Origin: Actinomycetota bacterium
Lineage (GTDB): Bacteria > Actinomycetota > Actinomycetes > S36-B12 > UBA5976
Assembly (NCBI GenBank): GCA_026392515.1
Contig: JAPLBY010000034.1
Location: 300-64,299, forward strand
Direction of reading: 5' to 3'
DNA: 64,000 bases
Part shown: piece by piece, positions 9,695 to 20,003 of the stretch
How the letters are laid out: the number at the start of each line of letters is the position of its first letter
How positions within the stretch are numbered: position 1 is the stretch's first letter
The notes under the pieces: model-generated
Seen by the model: only the letters and a program-made list of their open reading frames with translations
Told to the model about the DNA's origin: nothing
The model's database searches: none
Position numbers and translations under genes: made by a program

Positions 9695-9793
9695 CGCACC
9701 CCAATCCCCTCATACAGGCTTTCTTTGAATCAAAGCCTAGGAAGTAAGGGGCGTCAAGGGAAACGGGGAAACAGGTGCAATTCGTTACGTTCG

Positions 9794-10606
9794 CTATTCC
9801 TCGGTCTTTATGTAAGGGGTGCCGTTATCCCATAATTCGCAAGTTAACTTCAGGTTTGCAGCCAGATTTCGGATTATCCCTTCATGTGATGGGTTTATCA
9901 CAATAAAGACCCCTCCGGAGAATTCACTATCATCGCGTCTTAAAGAATCGGCAATTCGATCAAGTGGCTGGAAATGCATGCCCTCCCAGCCGATGCTTCG
10001 GTAGGTGTCGGCACAAATTGCAAGCTTGTTTTTGCCACCCTGGGCCCAGCCCATGATTCCGATGTAATGGCCTACATTCCAGTCGGCTGGTGGCTCTTGA
10101 ACCTTACGTCCAGAGAGGAATCCAAAAGCCGTTGCCGGTTCGGATTTGCCACCCCACAAGAAGCGTGTGGCACTATTTGCAATCAATAATGCAGGTTGAT
10201 TTAGGTCAACTAATGCTTCGAGGAGGTTTTCTATAATTTCTGCAGTCCACTCTCCTCGCAACGGTATTGCAACAAGTTTTGAATCAGCTAGTTCATTAGT
10301 TGCAACCACAAGACCTTCAGGTGAAGTACCAGTTATGTTGCTGTCATCAATCCGCGGCAATTCAAGAATGTAGTCAGCTCGCCCACCATCATTTGGTGGC
10401 AGTGATTCGCTGGTTTGAACCGTACTGAGGATTGAGCCCGCAGCGAGGCCAACGTGATCTTGTTGAACTTTTACTGAGGCCAGCGCACGAAGCGCTAACG
10501 TAATCCAAAATGCACCGCATAACTCATTTTTTTGCGGCATTTCACTTGCATGTTCAGCAAGTAAAAGTTCAGATCCGGGCAACATTTGGATTGTGTATTG
10601 ACTCAT
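9794..10606 (-). CDS. hypothetical protein, possible papain-fold (phytochelatin synthase-like) Cys-His-Asp enzyme
   Basis: 270 aa. Cys30 in QKNELCGAFWITLALRAL, His180 in NVGHYIGIMGW, Asp200 in LAICADTYRSIG. The order and the His-Asp spacing recall phytochelatin synthase-like proteins. Similarity judged by eye only. Confidence 0.35.
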   Translation of the reverse strand: MSQYTIQMLPGSELLLAEHASEMPQKNELCGAFWITLALRALASVKVQQDHVGLAAGSILSTVQTSESLPPNDGGRADYILELPRIDDSNITGTSPEGLVVATNELADSKLVAIPLRGEWTAEIIENLLEALVDLNQPALLIANSATRFLWGGKSEPATAFGFLSGRKVQEPPADWNVGHYIGIMGWAQGGKNKLAICADTYRSIGWEGMHFQPLDRIADSLRRDDSEFSGGVFIVINPSHEGIIRNLAANLKLTCELWDNGTPYIKTEE

Positions 10607-10662
10607 GTCGCCAAGGCTAACAGGATCACACCCAAAATTTGTCGGGGTATCTGAATGAATTT

Positions 10663-12270
10663 TTAGTCCACATTGTCCATTGAGTCAGAACCCATGCCAC
10701 CTGGAGCTTCAGGTGTGGTTTTCTGAACCTGCATCAAGAAGTCAAGGTTGCTCTTGGTTTCGCGAAGCTTAGTTAGCAACAGTTCAAGAGCTTGCTGGGA
10801 ATCAAGTGCGTGTAGTACGCGACGAAGCTTCCAGATGACCTTTAGTTCATCAGCAGCAAGCAGAATTTCTTCACGACGAGTTCCGGATGCTTCCACGTCA
10901 ACAGCTGGGAAAATACGACGATCTGCCAGGCGACGATCAAGCTTAAGTTCCATGTTGCCGGTTCCCTTGAATTCTTCGAAGATAACTTCGTCCATTCGAG
11001 ATCCGGTATCAACAAGAGCTGTTGCCAAAATTGTTAGTGAGCCACCTTCTTCGATGTTGCGAGCAGCACCGAAGAACTTCTTTGGTGGATACAACGCAGC
11101 TGAGTCAACACCACCGGAAAGAATACGGCCCGATGCTGGCGCAGAAAGGTTGTAAGCACGACCAAGACGAGTCATTGAGTCCAAAAGAACTACAACGTCA
11201 TGCCCCATTTCGACCAAACGCTTTGCGCGTTCAATTGCTAGTTCAGCAATTGTGGTGTGGTCTTCAGCTGGACGGTCGAAAGTTGAAGCAATAACTTCAC
11301 CCTTTACCGAACGCTGCATATCAGTAACTTCTTCAGGTCGTTCGTCTACTAAAACAACCATCAAGTGAACTTCCGGGTTGTTTTCAGCAATCGCATTTGC
11401 AATGTTCTGCAAAATCATGGTCTTGCCCGCCTTCGGAGGCGAAACAATCAGACCGCGCTGACCCTTACCAATTGGTGCAACCAAGTCAATTACACGAGTA
11501 ACTAAGTTGTTTGGCACAGTTTCAAGGCGCAAACGATCCTGTGGGTAAAGCGGAGTTAGCTTGCCAAAATCAACACGCTTAATTGCTTCGTCTGGTTCGA
11601 GTCCATTAATGGACTCGATGCGAACAAGTGGGTTGAACTTCTGTGGGCGATCGCCTTCGCGCGGCTGCTTAACCTGACCGGTTACTGCATCGCCCTTACG
11701 AAGTGAGAAACGCTTAACTAATCCCATTGAGACATAAACGTCGTTTGGACCTGGCAAGTAGCCAGAAGTACGAACGAATGCGTAATTGTCAAGAATGTCG
11801 ATGATTCCTGCGACAGGCAGTAATACATCATCTTCGGAAACTTCTAAGTCATAATCGCGATCTCCACCACGGGCGCCACGATTGTTGCGACCATTGCTGT
11901 TGCGATCATTGCGATCACGGCCACGGCGATTGCGTCCGTTGCGGTCGTTACGGTCATTTCGATCGCCACGATCGTTGCCTTCACTATCACCATCGTTGTT
12001 ACGTGGCGCACGTTCTTCACGGTCTTCACGAGGTGCGCGCTCTTCGCGTGGTGCGCGCTCTTCTTTTGCTGATTCGCTCTTTGCAGCGCCAGCTGGGCGG
12101 GATGCAGAACGAGTGCCGCTACCGCCACCTTGCTTGGCGCCAATGGCCTTAACAAGTTCGGCTTTACGCATACCTGATGCGCCATCGATTCCCAGTCCGG
12201 CAGCCATCGCCTTTAGTTCTGGAAGAAGTTTTGAGTTCAGCCCTTTGTCTTGGGCAGTTGTCTCGGTCAC
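10663..12270 (-). CDS. rho: transcription termination factor Rho with R/D/N/G-rich N-terminal insertion
   Basis: 535 aa. N-terminal [16 protein letters not shown]-like [15 protein letters not shown]-loop [11 protein letters not shown], and [14 protein letters not shown] ~100-aa low-complexity insertion (residues ~47-150) matches what is known for actinobacterial Rho. Confidence 0.97.
   Translation of the reverse strand: MTETTAQDKGLNSKLLPELKAMAAGLGIDGASGMRKAELVKAIGAKQGGGSGTRSASRPAGAAKSESAKEERAPREERAPREDREERAPRNNDGDSEGNDRGDRNDRNDRNGRNRRGRDRNDRNSNGRNNRGARGGDRDYDLEVSEDDVLLPVAGIIDILDNYAFVRTSGYLPGPNDVYVSMGLVKRFSLRKGDAVTGQVKQPREGDRPQKFNPLVRIESINGLEPDEAIKRVDFGKLTPLYPQDRLRLETVPNNLVTRVIDLVAPIGKGQRGLIVSPPKAGKTMILQNIANAIAENNPEVHLMVVLVDERPEEVTDMQRSVKGEVIASTFDRPAEDHTTIAELAIERAKRLVEMGHDVVVLLDSMTRLGRAYNLSAPASGRILSGGVDSAALYPPKKFFGAARNIEEGGSLTILATALVDTGSRMDEVIFEEFKGTGNMELKLDRRLADRRIFPAVDVEASGTRREEILLAADELKVIWKLRRVLHALDSQQALELLLTKLRETKSNLDFLMQVQKTTPEAPGGMGSDSMDNVD
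12032..12063 (-). repeat. 18-bp tandem repeat inside the rho insertion (encodes ERAPRE units)
   Basis: ggtgcgcgctcttc occurs at 12032-12045 and again at 12050-12063, with a degenerate third copy around 12004-12017. The protein reads [22 protein letters not shown]. Confidence 0.8.
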
Positions 12271-12431
12271 GTATGTGTCCTTTATGTTTTGAGTGGTTTT
12301 CTATCCAGCAAGTAATGCACGGAAATTTCGCGAGAATTTTTGCGGGATTTTCGGTGAAAGAGATTCAACCGATGTCATAAGACTAGCAGGTCAGGCACTT
12401 TGACGCGAAATTGCCTTGAAATCCTGAGGTT

Positions 12432-13346
12432 TTAATCCGCTTCTGGTTCAACGTCATTGTTGTCAGGAATCGCGCCTTCGTCCGCGACGCCCACTGGAGC
12501 TGCAGTAAACCCAGATTTAGCAATGATTTCCGAAGCCTGGGCAACCTGATCATTGGTACTTAAGGCAATCACAGTCGGTCCAGCCCCGCTGATGCAAGCA
12601 GCAATTTGAGCCTCACGCAGTTGGGCAACTAGTTCCATAGATTCTGGATAAGCCTGGGCGCGAAATGGCTGATGCAACTTATCTTCAGTTGCTTCTAGCA
12701 AGAAATCTGGATCACCGATCATGGCAGCAACTAGCAGTGCTGATCTACCGGCATTAAATGCTGCATCGACATGAGGGATTGATTCAGGAATTAAACCTCG
12801 TGCCTTGTGAGTATCTAACTCAGTCTGCGGAATACCCAGCACTGGAGAGATATCGGGATGAACATTCATTGAAACTGAGTTTGCTTTGCCATCATCTTCC
12901 AGCCAAGCAATGGTCATAGCGCCAAGTAAGCAGGCAGCAACATTGTCAGGATGGCCCTCGATGGCATTTGCCATTTGAAGCAACTCATCTTCACTTGCGC
13001 GAGCATAAGTTAGCTCGCTTGCTAGAACTAGCCCAGCAACAATTGCTGCTGCGCTTGAACCCAATCCCCGACCTTGCGGAATTGCGTTCTTGCATTCAAC
13101 ATGCAGCCCGGTGACATCCGTGCCGAATGCTTTGCAGGCATCAATGATTGTTTTGGCAATCAAGTGAGTGCCATCAGTTGGAAGTTTGCCAGCACCTTGG
13201 CCAGTTACTACAACAGTGATCTTGTTTTCGTCAGTAAATTGCGCAGTGACAAAGTCGCGAATTTCAAGGGCTAATCCAAGTGCGTCATAACCAGGTCCAA
13301 GATTGGCGCTGGTTGCCGGAACTGAAACCGAAACTATGCGTGACAT
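12432..13346 (-). CDS. thrB: homoserine kinase
   Basis: GHMP kinase motif PQGRGLGSSAAAIVAG and N-terminal PATSANLGPGYD. Synteny thrC-thrB-rho. Confidence 0.93.
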   Translation of the reverse strand: MSRIVSVSVPATSANLGPGYDALGLALEIRDFVTAQFTDENKITVVVTGQGAGKLPTDGTHLIAKTIIDACKAFGTDVTGLHVECKNAIPQGRGLGSSAAAIVAGLVLASELTYARASEDELLQMANAIEGHPDNVAACLLGAMTIAWLEDDGKANSVSMNVHPDISPVLGIPQTELDTHKARGLIPESIPHVDAAFNAGRSALLVAAMIGDPDFLLEATEDKLHQPFRAQAYPESMELVAQLREAQIAACISGAGPTVIALSTNDQVAQASEIIAKSGFTAAPVGVADEGAIPDNNDVEPEAD

Positions 13347-14404
13347 TAGGCAAGACCTAAGGCTGCTGCGGCGGCTTTAACGTCAACTGGAACTACGACT
13401 GGATCTTTGGCACTTTCCAAAGCCCACTGGGTATCTTTCAAACCATTGCCAGTAACGGTGCAAACAATTGTTGATCCCGCATCAACTAATCCACGTTGAG
13501 CTTGCTGGATCAAACCTGCTACTGATGCTGCACTTGATGGCTCAACAAAGAATCCTTCTTTATCCGCCAGCACTCGATAAGCATCCAAAATTTGATCATC
13601 AGTAACCGCGTCAATTAGGCCGCCGGAGTCATCACGTGCTTCAACTGCTAAATCCCATGACGCTGGCTTACCAATTCGAATTGCAGTTGCAATTGTTTCT
13701 GGCTTTTCAATTGGATGGCCCGCAACAAATGGCGCTGCGCCTGCTGCCTGGAACCCCCACATGACTGGAAGTTGAGTTGAAACTTTGTCGTGGTAGTACT
13801 CGGTAAATCCCATCCAATATGCAGAGATGTTTCCGGCATTGCCAACTGGCAAGCAGTGAATATCTGGGGCGTCACCTAGGGCATCAACAATTTCAAATGC
13901 CGCAGTCTTTTGGCCTTGTAGTCGAGTTGGGTTAACAGAGTTAACAAGTGCAATCGGATAGTTCTCAGCCAAGTCACGAGCAATGTCTAAGCAATCGTCG
14001 AAGTTGCCATCAACCTGCAAAATAGTTGCGCCATGAATTACGGCTTGAGCTAATTTGCCCATGGCAATTTTTCCTTGTGGAACTAGAACCGCACTTTTCA
14101 TTCCGGCTTTAGTTGCATATGCCGCGGCTGAGGCGCTGGTGTTTCCAGTTGACGCGCAAACCACAGCTTTGGCGCCATTTCGCGCAGCATCAGTAATGGC
14201 CATAGTCATGCCGCGATCTTTGAAAGATCCAGTCGGATTCATGCCTTCGACTTTTAAGTAAACCTTGGCGCCAGTTAGTTCGGAAAGAGTGCAGGCATAA
14301 ACAAGTGGAGTTCCACCTTCACCCAAAGAAATGACGATGTCATTCGGAGCTATTGGTAATCTGTCACGATATTCCTCAATGACACCGCGCCAAATATGGG
14401 CCAT
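13346..14404 (-). CDS. thrC: threonine synthase
   Basis: PLP lysine motif [11 protein letters not shown] and [12 protein letters not shown]. Synteny hom-thrC-thrB. Confidence 0.93.
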   Translation of the reverse strand: MAHIWRGVIEEYRDRLPIAPNDIVISLGEGGTPLVYACTLSELTGAKVYLKVEGMNPTGSFKDRGMTMAITDAARNGAKAVVCASTGNTSASAAAYATKAGMKSAVLVPQGKIAMGKLAQAVIHGATILQVDGNFDDCLDIARDLAENYPIALVNSVNPTRLQGQKTAAFEIVDALGDAPDIHCLPVGNAGNISAYWMGFTEYYHDKVSTQLPVMWGFQAAGAAPFVAGHPIEKPETIATAIRIGKPASWDLAVEARDDSGGLIDAVTDDQILDAYRVLADKEGFFVEPSSAASVAGLIQQAQRGLVDAGSTIVCTVTGNGLKDTQWALESAKDPVVVPVDVKAAAAALGLA

Positions 14405-14406
14405 TA

Positions 14407-15696
14407 CTATGCGCCCGCACCTTCAACACGCATAACACCTAGAACTTCGCGAACTGCAGTCATACTTTCTAAGGCTTCAACAGTTGCCCGCAAGCGACTC
14501 TCTGGTGCTTCGTGAGTTCTGATAATCAAACTCGCGGCATCGCCTTCACCGTCTTGGCGAACTGCCTGGATTGAAACATCATGCTTGGCGAACTCATTTG
14601 AAATTGCAGCCAGCACGCCTGATTCATCCGAAACTTTGAGATTCAAATAGTAGGAAGTCTTGGCCTCGCCAATTGAGCGCACTTCAAGGTCGGCGTAAAT
14701 ACTTTGCGCCGGACCAACGGAACCGGTGATTCGGTGGCGAGCAGCGGCCACAACGTCACCGACGACGGAGCTTGCTGTTGGTGCGCCACCGGCGCCACGG
14801 CCATAGAACATAACTTGACCGGCAGCATCAGCTTCCACGAATACGGCATTGAATGCATCGCGAACACTTGCCAATGGATGCGTTACCGGAATCATTGCTG
14901 GATGAACGCGAACGATTACACCCTTGTCATCGTCAGTTAGTTCTGCAATAGCAAGCAACTTAATTACATAGCCAAGTGACTTAGCTGCTGCGATGTCATC
15001 GGCAGTAACTTTTGTCATGCCTTCGCGGTAAACGTCATCAGAAGTTACATTGGTGTGGAATGCCAAGCCGGCAAGAATTGCAGCTTTAGCCGCGCTATCG
15101 AAACCTTCAACGTCTGCAGTTGGATCAGCTTCGGCATAACCCAAGTCTTGGGCTTCTTTAAGCACAACTGAATAGTCTGCGCCATCGTTATACATTTTCG
15201 ACAAAATGAAGTTTGTGGTGCCATTAACGATTCCAAGAATCTTTGTAACTTTGTCCCCTGCTAAAGATTCACGCAATGGGCGAAGCAATGGGATCGCGCC
15301 AGCTACTGCAGCTTCGTAGTAAAGATCAACGCCAGCTTCTTCTGCCAATTTATGAAGGTGAGCGCCGTGGGCGGCAAGTAAAGCTTTGTTGGCAGTAACA
15401 ATGGATGAACCGTTTGCGATTGCAGATTCAATCAATGTTTTGGCAGGTTCAATTCCACCAATTACCTCGATCACAATGTCTGCGCCGGATGCCGCTAGGC
15501 CTGCTGCATCTTCGGTAAGAAGTTTGGAATCAACACCTGGGCGTGGTTTTGAAGCATCACGAACTGCGATTCCAGTTAATTTCAGTTCGCGACCAATTCG
15601 AGCCGTTAAATCGTCAGCGCTTTCGGAGATAAGTTGGGCAACCGATGCGCCCACGGTTCCGCCACCAAGTAATGCAACTGTTAGCGGGGAACTCAT
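14407..15696 (-). CDS. hom: homoserine dehydrogenase
   Basis: NAD fold [13 protein letters not shown], a catalytic region, and a C-terminal ACT-like domain. Start set at MSSPLTV (ATG at 15696), preceded by AAGGAGA. The ORF-track start at 15726 adds 10 aa. Confidence 0.92.
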   Translation of the reverse strand: MSSPLTVALLGGGTVGASVAQLISESADDLTARIGRELKLTGIAVRDASKPRPGVDSKLLTEDAAGLAASGADIVIEVIGGIEPAKTLIESAIANGSSIVTANKALLAAHGAHLHKLAEEAGVDLYYEAAVAGAIPLLRPLRESLAGDKVTKILGIVNGTTNFILSKMYNDGADYSVVLKEAQDLGYAEADPTADVEGFDSAAKAAILAGLAFHTNVTSDDVYREGMTKVTADDIAAAKSLGYVIKLLAIAELTDDDKGVIVRVHPAMIPVTHPLASVRDAFNAVFVEADAAGQVMFYGRGAGGAPTASSVVGDVVAAARHRITGSVGPAQSIYADLEVRSIGEAKTSYYLNLKVSDESGVLAAISNEFAKHDVSIQAVRQDGEGDAASLIIRTHEAPESRLRATVEALESMTAVREVLGVMRVEGAGA

Positions 15697-15878
15697 CTTT
15701 TTCTCCTTATTAACTTCTGGTATCAATTGCTGTTATTAATACTGTGCAGAAACCAAGAAAATCCCGTACTCCTGCGTGCTCTAAGTCTGGCAGAAACCCT
15801 TGAAACAAGCCAAAAGAAGCAGTTTAGTGCGCATAATCGAATAGGGTTTAGTCAAGAATTCGAAAAACGGGGTAATAA

Positions 15879-16925
15879 ATGAGAAATACAAAGTCTTTAC
15901 GAGTGCTGTCCAAAGTCCTAATAGTTCTGGGCACTTTTGCCCTAACTCTCGGAGCTTTTGCTGGAATCGTAAACAATAACCTGCTCAATGGCCCGAAGTT
16001 GGCTGACCATATTGAGAGCATTCGACAGGACCCGGCAGTAATCGCCAAAATGAGTGTCCAGTTGACTGATGTGTTAATCGAGAAGGCGCCAAATGCCGCC
16101 CCGTTTCGCCCGGTCATCGAGAATGCTGCTGCCAAGATTCTTTCTAGCGATGCCCTTTCCGAACCAATTCGTGGCGCTGCCGGTCAATTGCGTGATGCAT
16201 TTGTAAAGGGTCAAGCGCTAAAACTTGAATTTACTGAGACTGCAAACGTTGCAATTGAAAAAGTAAACATGTTTGCGCCTCAGCTTGGGATTGAACCGAT
16301 TGCTGCGCTAAGTCTTGAACCACCAGCTGGAAGCATTTTGGCAACTATTAATACGCTGCAAAAGGTATTAAAGATTTCTGACACGTTATCTATGGCCTTG
16401 CCGATTGCTGCTGCAGTTATGTTCGTTGCAGTTATCTTGCTCGCACCATATCGTCGTCAAGGTGCGCAGCGGGTTGCTAAGTCAGTAATGATTTCAGGTG
16501 GCATCATTGCTGGAATCAGTGGTGCGATTTGGATTGCAACGAACATTTTCGGTCGCGATCCTGATATTGGAATCTACCTAATTGCTTCATGGAATCAATT
16601 TGATGCTGCTTTCTGGATTCCAGCTGCGATCTTGATCGTGGCAGGTGGCATGGCTTACACCTTGCTAGGTGGAGTTTTACCTGACGTTGATGTACCGAGC
16701 GAAGTTGCGAAAACTTGGAAAAAGATTTGGACTCGACCAGCAAATGTTTGGATTTCATTTGCTCGGGCCATCATTTTCGTAGCACTAGGTGCGTTCATAG
16801 TAATGAATACTCAAGTTGCGTTGCGTGGCTTGCTGTTCATAGCTTCGGCATTAATGATTGCAACTGCAATTTTCGAATTCAATCGACTACTAGTTAGGTC
16901 GATTGAAAAAGAAAAGGCTAGTTAA
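15879..16925 (+). CDS. hypothetical integral membrane protein
   Basis: 348 aa. N-terminal TM helix, a ~130-aa soluble region, then several TM helices. No motif I recognise. It interrupts the otherwise conserved lysA-hom adjacency on the opposite strand. Confidence 0.6.
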   Translation: MRNTKSLRVLSKVLIVLGTFALTLGAFAGIVNNNLLNGPKLADHIESIRQDPAVIAKMSVQLTDVLIEKAPNAAPFRPVIENAAAKILSSDALSEPIRGAAGQLRDAFVKGQALKLEFTETANVAIEKVNMFAPQLGIEPIAALSLEPPAGSILATINTLQKVLKISDTLSMALPIAAAVMFVAVILLAPYRRQGAQRVAKSVMISGGIIAGISGAIWIATNIFGRDPDIGIYLIASWNQFDAAFWIPAAILIVAGGMAYTLLGGVLPDVDVPSEVAKTWKKIWTRPANVWISFARAIIFVALGAFIVMNTQVALRGLLFIASALMIATAIFEFNRLLVRSIEKEKAS

Positions 16926-18258
16926 CTCCAGCATCGAAGATCAATAAATCTTCGATTGTTTCTCTGCGCAGAAGTACTTGGGATTTACCAGCGGCAACAC
17001 TTACGGCTGCTGGGCGCGGGATGTGGTTGTAATTGCTTGCCATCGATCGGCAATAAGCACCAGTAGCTGCGACAGCAATCAAGTCACCAGGTCGAGTGTC
17101 AGCTGGTAATTCAATGTCGCGGACAACGATGTCGCCGCTTTCGCAATGCTTGCCAACAACACGAGATAAAACGTTTTTGGCATCGGAATCACGATTTGCA
17201 ATAACAGCGGTGTACTCAGCGTCATAAAGAGCAGTTCGAATGTTGTCACTCATGCCACCATCTACGGAAACGTAATTGCGGGTTATTCCACTATCTAATT
17301 CAACTGGTTTTACCGTTCCAACTTCATAAAGCGTGATGCCAGGATTTCCAATGATTGCGCGACCTGGTTCAACGCTGATTTTTGGAACTGAAATCTTTAC
17401 TTGAGCACATTCCGTGCGAACGATGTCCAAAATCGATTTAGCCATTGTGGTTACATCAAGTGGGTCATCACCATCTACATATGCAATGCCCATGCCGCCG
17501 CCAACGTCTAACTCGCTTACCGAAATGCCATGGCGTTCTTTGATTTGAACTGCGAAGTCGACAACTCGATGAGTGGCTAATTCAAAACCTGTGGCATCGA
17601 ATATTTGAGATCCAATGTGTGAATGAAGTCCGGCAAGTGACAGCGCATCACATTCCAAAACGTTGTCCACCGCGGCCATTGCCATTCCGGAAGCAGTTGA
17701 GAGTCCAAACTTTTGATCTTCATGAGCGGTTGAGATTGCCTCATGCGTATGAGCCTCAACACCAACAGTTAGTCGAAGTAAGACCTGCTGAACAATTCCA
17801 GCAGCCGCGGCCACGGAATTCAAACGTTCAATTTCGATCAAGCTGTCAATGACTACTCGACCAACGCCGACTTCCACGGCTCGCTCTAAATCCTTAACAC
17901 TTTTGTTGTTGCCGTGCATAACTATCTGTGTTGGGTCAATGCCAGCGCGAAGTGCAACTTCTAATTCCCCAGCACTTGCGACATCAATTCCAAGGCCTTC
18001 TTGATTTACCCACTGGGCAACTTTTGTTGTTATGAAAGCTTTGCCGGCATAGTGAACGCTGGTTTCGATATCTGAAACAGTGAATGCAGCCACATAGTCT
18101 CGGGCACGTTTACGAACATCTGCTTCGTCAAAAACATAAAGCGGAGTTCCATATTTTTTTGCAAGGTCTGTAACCGTCACATCACCGATTGAGATTTCTC
18201 CCTGGCTATTTCGGGTCGCAGAAGCAGGCCATATCAATGGGTTTAAATCCGAAGCCAT
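16918..18258 (-). CDS. lysA: diaminopimelate decarboxylase
   Basis: Fold-III PLP decarboxylase. HYAGKAF (PLP lysine), LDVGGGMGI, GKHCESGD and ATGAYCRSM. Synteny argS-lysA. Confidence 0.93.
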   Translation of the reverse strand: MASDLNPLIWPASATRNSQGEISIGDVTVTDLAKKYGTPLYVFDEADVRKRARDYVAAFTVSDIETSVHYAGKAFITTKVAQWVNQEGLGIDVASAGELEVALRAGIDPTQIVMHGNNKSVKDLERAVEVGVGRVVIDSLIEIERLNSVAAAAGIVQQVLLRLTVGVEAHTHEAISTAHEDQKFGLSTASGMAMAAVDNVLECDALSLAGLHSHIGSQIFDATGFELATHRVVDFAVQIKERHGISVSELDVGGGMGIAYVDGDDPLDVTTMAKSILDIVRTECAQVKISVPKISVEPGRAIIGNPGITLYEVGTVKPVELDSGITRNYVSVDGGMSDNIRTALYDAEYTAVIANRDSDAKNVLSRVVGKHCESGDIVVRDIELPADTRPGDLIAVAATGAYCRSMASNYNHIPRPAAVSVAAGKSQVLLRRETIEDLLIFDAGVN

Positions 18259-18260
18259 GG

Positions 18261-19946
18261 TTACATCCTGTCGGGTGCGCTAACACCCAGCAATTCAAGA
18301 CCGTTGAAAATCACTTGACGCGTTGCAGCGCATAGCCAAAGCCGTGCGATGTTTAGCTCAGTAACTGGCTCGTCCCCTTGTGGCAGAACTCGGCAAGCAG
18401 CATAGAACGAGTGGTAGCTGGTTGCTACTTCCTCTATATAGCGAGCAATTCGGTGAGGCTCGCGAAGTTCGGCAGCTGATGCGACCACGCGTGGGTAATC
18501 AGCTAATAATCCAAGCAGGGCGCCTTCCCGATCATTGGTTAGCTGCGAAGGATCAAAAGTTGCTGGATCCCAATCGGAAGTGTTTGCCGGGATCAAACCA
18601 AGTTCAGCAGCATTTCTAACAACTGATGCAATGCGGGCATGTGCGTATTGCACGTAATAAACCGGATTGTCGTTTGTGCTGGACACCAATAGATCAAGAT
18701 CAAGAACCAACGGAGATTCCACTGGATATCGAATCAATGAATAACGCGCAGCATCCACGCCAACTTCATCGACAAGATCTTCAAGCGTGATGATATTGCC
18801 AGCGCGTTTTGATAAGCGAACTTCTTCACCATTCTTGAGCATCTTTACCATTTGCCCAATCAGGAGCTGAATGTTTTCATCTGGATTATCTCCAGCACAA
18901 GCTGCGACTGCGCGAAGTCGGTTCACGTATCCGTGGTGGTCAGCACCCAATAAATAGATACATAGGTCGTAGCCACGATTGCGCTTATCTACGTAGTAAG
19001 CAGTATCGGATGCGAAGTACGTTAATGCGCCATCCGCCTTGATTAGCACACGATCTTTGTCATCATCGAAATCACTGGTTCGAAGCCAAGTTGCGCCTTC
19101 TTCGACAAACATATGTCCCTGAGACTTTAACTTTTCAAACCCTCGATTAACGGCTCCTGAGGTGTGGAGTGATTTTTCAGAAGTCCAAACATCAAAATGC
19201 GTATTGAAGTTATCTAGAACTCGCTTTTGATCCGCAAGTTGTAATGCATATGCAGCATCGCGAAACGCATCGCCTCTTTGTGGTTCTGGCAATTCTTTAA
19301 TTCCTGGATTTTGTGAAACTACTTGCTTAGCAAGCTCTGGAATGTAAGCGCCGTGATAACCATCTTCTGGAATTGCTTCGCCTAATGCGGCTGCCTTAAC
19401 CGAAGTTCCAAATTTATCCATCTGAACGCCAAGATCATTGATGTAAAACTCGCGCGCAGATTCTGCGCCTTCGGCTTCAAGGACGCGAGCGATCGCATCT
19501 CCAACTGCTGCCCAACGAGTGTGACCTAAATGTAGCGGTCCAGTTGGGTTCGCAGAAATGAATTCCACATTGATCTTTTTGCCCACTAGCTGAGTGCCAC
19601 GACCAAAACTATTTCCTTTAGCAATGATGTCTCGCGCTAGCTCACCTTGACTTGCAGCATCCAGCCGGATGTTTATAAATCCTGGACCTGCAATTTCAAC
19701 ACCTTCTACGCCTGGGAGCTCATTCAGGATTGGTTGCAGAATTTCTGCTGCTGCACGCGGATTCAACCCAGCTTTTTTACCCACTTGCATAGCGACATTG
19801 GTTGCCCAATCGCCATGATCCAAATTTTTTGGCCGTTCAACCACAATTTCAGCAGGGATGTCATCGGCAGATAAATTCAATTGACCGCTGGAAATTGCAC
19901 TAAGCAAGGCGGCCCTAATGTGGCCAGCTAATTCCTGTGGGGTCAT
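18261..19946 (-). CDS. argS: arginine--tRNA ligase
   Basis: 561 aa. Class I HIGH-type motif ANPTGPLHLGHTR and a C-terminal DALR anticodon-binding region. Ends in RM as is typical for ArgRS. Confidence 0.95.
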   Translation of the reverse strand: MTPQELAGHIRAALLSAISSGQLNLSADDIPAEIVVERPKNLDHGDWATNVAMQVGKKAGLNPRAAAEILQPILNELPGVEGVEIAGPGFINIRLDAASQGELARDIIAKGNSFGRGTQLVGKKINVEFISANPTGPLHLGHTRWAAVGDAIARVLEAEGAESAREFYINDLGVQMDKFGTSVKAAALGEAIPEDGYHGAYIPELAKQVVSQNPGIKELPEPQRGDAFRDAAYALQLADQKRVLDNFNTHFDVWTSEKSLHTSGAVNRGFEKLKSQGHMFVEEGATWLRTSDFDDDKDRVLIKADGALTYFASDTAYYVDKRNRGYDLCIYLLGADHHGYVNRLRAVAACAGDNPDENIQLLIGQMVKMLKNGEEVRLSKRAGNIITLEDLVDEVGVDAARYSLIRYPVESPLVLDLDLLVSSTNDNPVYYVQYAHARIASVVRNAAELGLIPANTSDWDPATFDPSQLTNDREGALLGLLADYPRVVASAAELREPHRIARYIEEVATSYHSFYAACRVLPQGDEPVTELNIARLWLCAATRQVIFNGLELLGVSAPDRM

Positions 19947-20003
19947 ACAAAGTAAGACTAGCGAAAGCCTTGCAAATTAAGGAAATCCCCCACCAATGAA
20001 TGG

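Noticed and set aside
9695-9793. Hairpin AGGCTTT-N9-AAAGCCT (about 9717-9741) as a terminator for gene 9794-10606.
   Set aside because: The stem is short (7 bp) with no following U-run on the minus strand. It may be incidental, or part of the promoter/leader of the downstream ABC operon. There is not enough support to annotate it.
11820-12135. Repetitive DNA in rho as a possible CRISPR-like or minisatellite non-coding element.
   Set aside because: The repeats are in frame within an uninterrupted rho ORF and encode the known type of low-complexity insertion. There is no spacer/repeat architecture.
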